Origin: a virus | Lineage: Duplodnaviria; Caudoviricetes | Direction: 5' to 3' (one strand) | DNA: 29,572 bases | Virus record (IMG/VR): IMGVR_UViG_3300016665_000180 | Coordinates: 1 to 29,572 of that record | Shown: positions 8,919 through 14,632 of the stretch, one piece after another | Numbering within the stretch: position 1 is the first letter of the stretch | How the letters are laid out: every line of letters begins with the position of its first letter | Made by a program: the position numbers and the translations under genes | Notes under the pieces: model-generated | Told to the model about the DNA's origin: nothing | The model's input: only the letters and a program-made list of their open reading frames with translations | The model's database searches: none

Positions 8919-8951
8919 GCGGCTATTGTAGCCGGTTATAGCCCGGGAGGG

Positions 8952-9014
8952 CTATAGATCAAGCGCCACGATGAGAAGAAGGGTCGCCAGGGCGGCCAGG
9001 GCTGCGAAAATCAT
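8952..9014 (-). CDS. Very small hydrophobic peptide (20 aa)
   Basis: MIFAALAALATLLLIVALDL; TGATG coupling with the upstream ORF; GGGG RBS-like sequence. Confidence 0.5.
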   Translation of the reverse strand: MIFAALAALATLLLIVALDL

Positions 9015-9118
9015 CACCAGTCCCCCAGCAGACCCAGCAGGGTGACGGGCAGGGCGATCCACCAGGGCGTGAGGGTCCAGAGCACGGCCAGCGCGGCTAC
9101 GATGAGGATCAGGTTCAT
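9014..9118 (-). CDS. Small membrane peptide (34 aa)
   Basis: MNLILIVAALAVLWTLTPWWIALPVTLLGLLGDW; ATGA coupling with 9115..9318; GGAGG RBS. Confidence 0.6.
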   Translation of the reverse strand: MNLILIVAALAVLWTLTPWWIALPVTLLGLLGDW

Positions 9119-9318
9119 CGCCCGAACCTCCCGGCCGCCCAGTCACGCGCGGCCAGCTCGGACTCGCTCGCCAGCGGGGGCGCCTCGTCGATGGGGTAGT
9201 CGTCGTCATACTCGGCCGGTAGGGGTTCGTGCTCCCAGGGGTCTTGAGGGTCTATCGGCGCGCGACCCGTAGCGGCTGCGATGGCGGCCAGCGCGCCGTC
9301 GATGGTCAAGGGGGTCAT
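9115..9318 (-). CDS. Small acidic hypothetical protein (67 aa)
   Basis: ORF track; ATGA-coupled on both sides; acidic core EHEPLPAEYDDDYPIDE. Confidence 0.65.
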   Translation of the reverse strand: MTPLTIDGALAAIAAATGRAPIDPQDPWEHEPLPAEYDDDYPIDEAPPLASESELAARDWAAGRFGR

Positions 9319-9737
9319 TCTGCGCCCCCCTCGATAGTCTCGACACTGTCCACGCCCGCATAGACGGCCGCAGGCGCGTCGGGCAGGGGCGCGTAGAGGG
9401 CCAGAGGGTCTACATCGTCCGGGTATGCGGGCAGTTTGTTGCGCTGCGAGTTCAGCGCGAAGTAGCGCCGCACGTAGTCGGCCGTGGAGTCGATCCCGGG
9501 CGCGTACTTCGGGAATAGTCGGTTCTCCGACCGCGCCAAGCGCGTGCGCAGGGGCTTCATCGGCATCAGCAGCTTTGCGGCCGCGTCCGAGCCGGGCACG
9601 AGCTTGTAGGTGGCGCGGGTCCCGTCAGGGTAGGTGCGGCGGGTGATGGTTTGCATGGCATCAGTCTCCGAAAACTGGCGCGAGTGCGTGCGCGTGAGCA
9701 CGCCAGACTCGGCTCGGGCATATGTCACGTAGCGCAT
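9315..9737 (-). CDS. Hypothetical early protein (alternative in-frame start at 9656)
   Basis: ATG 9737 follows GAGAGAGAGG and ATG 9656 follows GGAGA; the stop overlaps the next start. Confidence 0.65.
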   Translation of the reverse strand: MRYVTYARAESGVLTRTHSRQFSETDAMQTITRRTYPDGTRATYKLVPGSDAAAKLLMPMKPLRTRLARSENRLFPKYAPGIDSTADYVRRYFALNSQRNKLPAYPDDVDPLALYAPLPDAPAAVYAGVDSVETIEGGAE

Positions 9738-9752
9738 GGTTTCCTCTCTCTC

Positions 9753-9914
9753 TCAGTAAGGCGCCGGCTCGGCCGGCAGGGGCGCCCGTGGCGCGCGCGG
9801 TAGGGGAATGCGCACGTCAACGGGCGGGGTAGGGTTGGATGGCTTGAGCGTGCCGAAGGGCCACCAGGCGGGCGTGCCCGGGGGCTTGGTGCCGTTGGGG
9901 AGTGTCGGACGCAT
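9753..9914 (-). CDS. Small Pro-rich protein with WWPF motif (53 aa)
   Basis: Manual translation MRPTLPNGTKPPGTPAWWPFGTLKPSNPTPPVDVRIPLPRAPRAPLPAEPAPY; GAGGG RBS; fills the gap between neighbours. Confidence 0.6.
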   Translation of the reverse strand: MRPTLPNGTKPPGTPAWWPFGTLKPSNPTPPVDVRIPLPRAPRAPLPAEPAPY

Positions 9915-9923
9915 CGTCGGCCC

Positions 9924-10380
9924 TCAGTACACGCAAATACCACGGGTGTAGCAGGATGCCGGGTCGGCGCCGGGCGGCACGTCACCGGGGCGCAGGATGT
10001 AGAGCGCTGCGCCGCGCGGGTCGGTTTGGATGTAGGTTTCAACCCTATTCGGCGCAGCGCGATCGGGCAGCATGACGACCGACATGGGGGGGGGGCTGGC
10101 GGTCGTTGCGCGCCGCTACGATGCGCCCCAGGCGCCGCAAGGCTCCGGTCTCACGGTCGGCCACGGGCCAGCGGCGCCCGCTGGCTTCACTGCGCCAGTA
10201 TGCGCGGCCTGTGGCGTCGTCGCGCTCGATGCAGCCGTGCTCGGTGCCGCACTCTAGTTCGTGCCAGCGGCGCAGGGTGCGCGAGACGCGGCGCAGGGCG
10301 GCGGCTTCGTCGATTGTGAAGCCGAGGGTCACAAGAGCGTTTTCCTGATGGGTCAAACGCTGACGTTCGGTTTTGTTCAT
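9924..10380 (-). pseudogene. Hypothetical early gene frameshifted at a G10/C10 homopolymer (151 aa if C9)
   Basis: Frame 1 reads MNKTERQRL...ARNDRQPPP and then stops at 10045. Removing one C at 10086-10095 continues MSVVMLPDRAAPNRVETYIQTDPRGAALYILRPGDVPPGADPASCYTRGICVY to TGA 9924. Confidence 0.7.
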
Positions 10381-10461
10381 GGTGCAGTCTCTCCGGGTTA
10401 TACGGGCCACGCTGGCGCCGCGTCACTGCGCCCGGAATGATTCAGGCGCAGGGGCTCGGGG

Positions 10462-10668
10462 TCACGGTTGCGGGCGGGTAGCGTACTGGACGGACCAGCT
10501 AATGAGCTCGTCAACGTGCGGCCCGGCGAGGATGCGCCCTTCCGCGTCGCGCATGACGCGCAAAAACCCGCCGGCCGGATAGGGCTCGTCGATCCAGGAT
10601 GCGACACCTTCGACGCGGGCGTGGTAAACGCAGCCCGCGCGGTTTTGGTACGTATAGTGGCAATTCAT
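10462..10668 (-). CDS. Hypothetical early protein (68 aa)
   Basis: ATG 10668 after CCGGAGAGACTGCGCT; MNCHYTYQNRAGCVYHARVEG... Confidence 0.65.
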   Translation of the reverse strand: MNCHYTYQNRAGCVYHARVEGVASWIDEPYPAGGFLRVMRDAEGRILAGPHVDELISWSVQYATRPQP

Positions 10669-10738
10669 AGCGCAGTCTCTCCGGGATTGGGAACGGGAAT
10701 TTTGGACAGTGTGCCGATGGTGCGCATCGGGGCGAACC

Positions 10739-10831
10739 CTATGCGCCCCACCAGGCAAAAAGCCACCAGGCCAGGCCGGCGCCGATGGCAACGGCCAGCG
10801 CGATATCTGCAAGGGTAGTACGGGGCCTCAC
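10739..10831 (-). CDS. Small single-TM membrane peptide (30 aa)
   Basis: GTG after GAGGGGG; MRPRTTLADIALAVAIGAGLAWWLFAWWGA. Confidence 0.6.
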   Translation of the reverse strand: MRPRTTLADIALAVAIGAGLAWWLFAWWGA

Positions 10832-10842
10832 GCTGTGCCCCC

Positions 10843-11187
10843 TCAAGCGTTACAGCATCCGCAGCATGGCGCGTCTTCGCAAAGCCCGCGCCTGTTCCGG
10901 TAGTACTCGCGACCGCCGGACGTCCAGACATCAGACACCCCACGGGCCAGGGAAGCGCGAAGATACCGGCCCGCGTGCGCGGCCGCATCGGGGTCCGCAT
11001 CGGCAAGCTCAGGATCTATGCTCCGGGCAAGCTTGAGGTCCGGGTCCGATGCTGGCGCATCGATCGGCGCGGCCGCACGGGCCACGAGATAGTATCGGCC
11101 GCGGCCGGCCGATGCGATAGTGTCGCCCGGGTTGATGCGGGCGCCCGTGCGCGCGCATAGGCCGGAGAAACGGGCAGGGAATGGCAT
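10843..11187 (-). CDS. Hypothetical protein with C-terminal CEDAPCCGCC metal-binding motif
   Basis: ORF track 10843..11217; start moved to ATG 11187 by spacing from the GGAGA RBS; ends YRNRRGLCEDAPCCGCCNA. Confidence 0.75.
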   Translation of the reverse strand: MPFPARFSGLCARTGARINPGDTIASAGRGRYYLVARAAAPIDAPASDPDLKLARSIDPELADADPDAAAHAGRYLRASLARGVSDVWTSGGREYYRNRRGLCEDAPCCGCCNA

Positions 11188-11256
11188 TTTCATATCTCCA
11201 ATGGTGCGGGGATGCACCCTATAGCCCGCGCGGCCGGCGGGCTAGCGGGTGAACCC

Positions 11257-11985
11257 TTACGCGGCCGCGGGTTGAAAATGTCGCGCCATGGCGCCATGCA
11301 CGATGATGGCTACGGATGCTTGCCCGGCTCCACGTGGCGCGCCGTCACAGGCCTTGCAGCTGATACACTGGCGCCGATCGCCCCCTTCCGGGCTTGCCGG
11401 GCAGACAATCTCGCGCGCACCCAATGATTCATCGGCCGCGCGCACGCGGAACGTGCGCCAGCCCATGGCGCGCGCCGTGTCGCGATCGGACGCGCTATCG
11501 GCACTGGCCATCACCATCGTGCGCAAACCGCGCGCGAACCATTGGCGCCACTGGTGAGTATAGCCCGTATGACCAGCCGCACGTCGAATCAAGGCGCGCC
11601 AATGGCGCGAAGGGATAGCGGCCGGGTCCCCGTAAGACCCGATGCGCACGGCGCGGCCTGCCAGCATGCGCGCGCCGTCCGTGGGCGACATGAGCGGGTA
11701 AGCGCCCCGGGTCCAAGCGCTGAAAACGGATGTAACGGATTTGGACACCTCCACGTAACACGTCCGCGCGCGGCCGGCGAGCTTGTCGCCGCGGTGGACA
11801 CAATCTCCGCATATGCTCACATCGTCACCCGATGCGATCGCATGCATCGGCGCCATGTCGGCGCGCAAGATGTAGGTTTGCACCATGTCGCCCGTCTTCA
11901 TGTTCGAAGACTTGAGCACGGCGATCCCGACGATCGGCGCGCCATCGATGGCCGATGGGCCATCATAAAAAACGAATCCACGCAT
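11257..11985 (-). CDS. Cys-rich radical-SAM-like / Gp88-like phage protein (242 aa)
   Basis: SSNMKTG, CGDC-x13-CY, RIGSYGDP, GYTHQW, MASAD, CPA...CISCKAC...IIVHG; GGAGAGG RBS. The family assignment is from recalled motif pattern, not from a search. Confidence 0.65.
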   Translation of the reverse strand: MRGFVFYDGPSAIDGAPIVGIAVLKSSNMKTGDMVQTYILRADMAPMHAIASGDDVSICGDCVHRGDKLAGRARTCYVEVSKSVTSVFSAWTRGAYPLMSPTDGARMLAGRAVRIGSYGDPAAIPSRHWRALIRRAAGHTGYTHQWRQWFARGLRTMVMASADSASDRDTARAMGWRTFRVRAADESLGAREIVCPASPEGGDRRQCISCKACDGAPRGAGQASVAIIVHGAMARHFQPAAA

Positions 11986-12033
11986 GTCTGATCCTCTCCG
12001 GGTTGCAGCGCTCACAATCAAGCGCATGGGTTC

Positions 12034-12061
12034 AATGTACAGAATTTCCGTACATCGTCAA
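12034..12061 (-). promoter_or_regulatory. Sigma70-type early promoter with an overlapping 21-bp palindrome
   Basis: Minus strand TTGACG (12061-12056), 16 nt, TACATT (12039-12034); palindrome ATGTACAGAA-T-TTCCGTACAT at 12035-12055. Confidence 0.7.
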
Positions 12062-12099
12062 AATGGCATAGCCTAATCCTGAGCGAAGTGTGGGGGCTT

Positions 12100-12540
12100 T
12101 GCGCGATCGAGGGTAGGCGACGCGGGGGCTGTCTGTAGGTGGCGAGGATAGGTGCCAGTTTGCGCCCCCCCTCCCCCTCTGGATTAGGTGCTAAAGGGTA
12201 GTTCTGCTATCTCTCTCTAAGTCAGAGATAAATATAAGAATATAAGCATATACTGATATATGGCAATATAGGGTGGCGCGATAGCGGTAGGTAGGGCCTA
12301 CAGCTACCTATCTACCTAAGCCGGGCGCCACGTCGCCCCCGCGCAGAAAGCATAGGCGATCGAGGGTAGTTGTGTCGGCACGCACCTAGCACCCCGCCCT
12401 GGATCGCCTATCCGCTAGGGGCACCGACCCTGCTAGGCGTTGCCTATATGACCTATACCGCCTATCCCCCGGCGGCAGGGGGCTAGCGCCTGTTAGCTGA
12501 GTGCCTAGATGACCTAGACCGCCTAGCCCCTGGCTGCACG
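12100..12540. other. Non-coding block with an AT-rich core and TAGG/CCTA iteron-like repeats (candidate origin or packaging-control region)
   Basis: AT-rich stretch ~12205-12270; dense TAGG/CCTA; exact 14-bp direct repeat at 12103 and 12356; ~41-bp imperfect direct repeat at 12441 and 12502; lies between the divergent early and late operons. Confidence 0.55.
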
Positions 12541-12601
12541 GGCGGTCGGCGGTCGGCGGTCGGCGGTCGGCGGTCGGCGGTCGGCGGTCGGCGGTCGGCG
12601 G
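12541..12601 (+). repeat. Perfect 7-bp tandem repeat (GGCGGTC)x8 plus a partial unit
   Basis: Read directly from the sequence. Confidence 0.95.
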
Positions 12602-12691
12602 GGGGTGCCCATCGACTGCAGCCAGGCAGTGTTCGATTTCGAAGGGATCGCAAAAAATTTTTCGTACTTCCCCACGCAAACAGCAATCCCG

Positions 12692-12697
12692 TATACT
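12692..12697 (+). promoter_or_regulatory. -10 element of a probable late promoter (leaderless terS transcript)
   Basis: TATACT 7 nt before ATG 12705; no SD; upstream A/T tract at 12652-12662; poor -35. Confidence 0.5.
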
Positions 12698-12704
12698 CGC
12701 GCGC

Positions 12705-13181
12705 ATGTTCAAGAGCCTGCCCTTGACAACGCGAGAAGTGCGCGCCACCGAAGCGGTGCTTAACCGCATCTACGACGCGGCGCGCAAAGGGCTCAAGGGC
12801 GATACGCTGGCGCTGGCCGCGGGGATGCTGCCGGTCGAGTACCGGCGCTTGCGCGAGTTGGACCCGATTGCGGAACTGGCCGAACAAAAAGGGCGCGCGG
12901 ACGGCGAGCTTGCCATGTCGAAGGTGCTGCACGACGCGGCCGACGCAGGCGACGCCAAGGCGGCGCTGGAAATCTTGAAGCACGCCCACGGCTGGGTCGC
13001 CAAGCAGCAGGTGCAGATCGATGTGGCGCAGCAGATCAGCATCACGGCGGCGCTAGACGCGGCGCAGCGGCGAGTTCAAATGGTCGAAGAGGTGACGGAT
13101 GCAAGAGCCGCGCTACTCAGCGGACCAGGAGCAGGGGCTGATGTCCCAGCTCTGGTCGCCGCTGATCGCCAACGACCCTGA
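12705..13181 (+). CDS. terS: Putative terminase small subunit
   Basis: Directly upstream of and overlapping terL; HTH-like N-terminus followed by helical segments (AALEILKHAHGW). Assigned by position. Confidence 0.7.
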   Translation: MFKSLPLTTREVRATEAVLNRIYDAARKGLKGDTLALAAGMLPVEYRRLRELDPIAELAEQKGRADGELAMSKVLHDAADAGDAKAALEILKHAHGWVAKQQVQIDVAQQISITAALDAAQRRVQMVEEVTDARAALLSGPGAGADVPALVAADRQRP

Positions 13182-14631
13182 GAAGTTCGTCCTGTTCGCG
13201 TTCCCGTGGGGCGAGCGCGGCACGCCGCTGGAGCGCCACAGAGGCCCGCGCGCCTGGCAGCGCCAGGTGCTGCGCGACATCCGCGACCACATCGCCAAGA
13301 ACGGCACGGTCACGGCCTACGAGGTGCTGCGCATGGCGATCGCCTCGGGGCGGGGCATCGGCAAGAGCGCGCTCGTGAGTTGGCTCGTGCTGTGGATGCT
13401 CACGACGCGCATCGGCGCATCGGTGCTGGTCAGCGCCAACTCCGAGGCGCAGCTCCGGTCGATCACATGGGCCGAGATCACGAAGTGGTTGGCGATGCTG
13501 ATCAACAGCCACTGGTGGGAGATCAGCGCCACACGCATCACGCCGGCCAAGTGGCTCGCGGAGATCGTGGAGCGCGATCTGAGGAAGGGCACCCGGTACT
13601 GGGGCGCGGAGGGGCGGCTGTGGTCGGAGGAGAACCCGGACGCCTACGCGGGCCTGCACAACGCTGACGGCGTGATGCTGGTATTTGACGAGGCCAGCGG
13701 CATACCGGATGTGATCTGGGACGTGAGCCAGGGCTTTTTCACGGAGAACACGCCGCACAGGTTCTGGCTGGCGTTCAGCAACCCGCGCCGGCCCACGGGG
13801 TATTTCTTCGAGTGCTTTAATGGCAAGCGCAACTTCTGGCGCACGCGCAACATTGACGCGCGCACGGTCGAAGACACGGACAAGTCGGTGTACGAGCAGA
13901 TCATCGAGGAGTACGGCGAGGACAGTCCGCAGGCTAAGATCGAGGTGTATGGGGAGTTTCCGACGGCCGGCGACGACCAGTTCATTAGTCCGGCGCTCGC
14001 CAACGCGGCCGGCGCGCGCCCGCGGTACAAAGACCCAGACGCGCCCATCATCCTTGGCGTTGATCCGGCCCGGGCTGGAGCAGACTCGACGGTGATCGCG
14101 GTACGCAAGGGGCGCGACCTCGTGGCAATCCGGCGCTACAGGGGCGACGACACGATGACGGTGGTGGGCCACGTCATCCAGGCCATAGAGGAGTTCAACC
14201 CGACGCTTACCGTCATCGACGAGGGTGGTTTGGGCTACGGCATTCTTGACCGGTTGACCGAACAGCGGTATAAGGTGCGTGGGGTAAACTTCGGCTGGAA
14301 GTCGAGCAAGCCCGTCATGTGGGGCAACAAGCGCGCCGAGATGTGGGGCGCGATGCGCGACTGGCTCAAAACGGCATCAATCCCGGACGACCGGCAGCTC
14401 AAGGCCGACCTGATAGGCCCGCGCGTCAAACCGGACAGCTCAGGTACGATCTTTTTGGAGAGCAAGAAGGACATGAAAGCGCGTGGACTGGCCTCGCCGG
14501 ATGCTGCGGACGCGATAGCGGTGACGTTCGCGTTCCCTGTCGCGTTCGACGGCGGCTATGCCGGCACGCCGGCGGCCAACGCGCGCTCCTACGCGGTGCC
14601 AACGCTCAACCATTGGGGAAAGAGGGCCTAG
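13099..14631 (+). CDS. terL: Terminase large subunit
   Basis: Walker A SGRGIGKS, Walker B MLVFDEASG, coupling motif SNP, RNase H-like nuclease LGVDPARAGADST, C-terminal SPDAADA. Confidence 0.95.
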   Translation: MQEPRYSADQEQGLMSQLWSPLIANDPEKFVLFAFPWGERGTPLERHRGPRAWQRQVLRDIRDHIAKNGTVTAYEVLRMAIASGRGIGKSALVSWLVLWMLTTRIGASVLVSANSEAQLRSITWAEITKWLAMLINSHWWEISATRITPAKWLAEIVERDLRKGTRYWGAEGRLWSEENPDAYAGLHNADGVMLVFDEASGIPDVIWDVSQGFFTENTPHRFWLAFSNPRRPTGYFFECFNGKRNFWRTRNIDARTVEDTDKSVYEQIIEEYGEDSPQAKIEVYGEFPTAGDDQFISPALANAAGARPRYKDPDAPIILGVDPARAGADSTVIAVRKGRDLVAIRRYRGDDTMTVVGHVIQAIEEFNPTLTVIDEGGLGYGILDRLTEQRYKVRGVNFGWKSSKPVMWGNKRAEMWGAMRDWLKTASIPDDRQLKADLIGPRVKPDSSGTIFLESKKDMKARGLASPDAADAIAVTFAFPVAFDGGYAGTPAANARSYAVPTLNHWGKRA

Positions 14632-14632
14632 C

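Noticed and set aside
8901-8920. GGAGAGGAG as an RBS of a rightward gene
   Set aside because: There is no ATG, GTG or TTG at usable spacing and no credible plus-strand ORF. The promoter and terminator polarity point to the minus strand.
10033-11259. Recurring GGG-N4-ACCCT(T)A-like motif (10033, 10729, 11208, 11246) as an operator set
   Set aside because: It is degenerate, one copy lies inside coding sequence, and two overlap stop codons. It cannot be distinguished from chance without statistics.
12541-12601. Tandem repeat as a CRISPR array, or as coding (RRPPTAD repeats in ORFs 12386..12769 and 12483..12989)
   Set aside because: The 7-bp units have no spacers, and the ORFs are antisense to terS with no plausible protein character.
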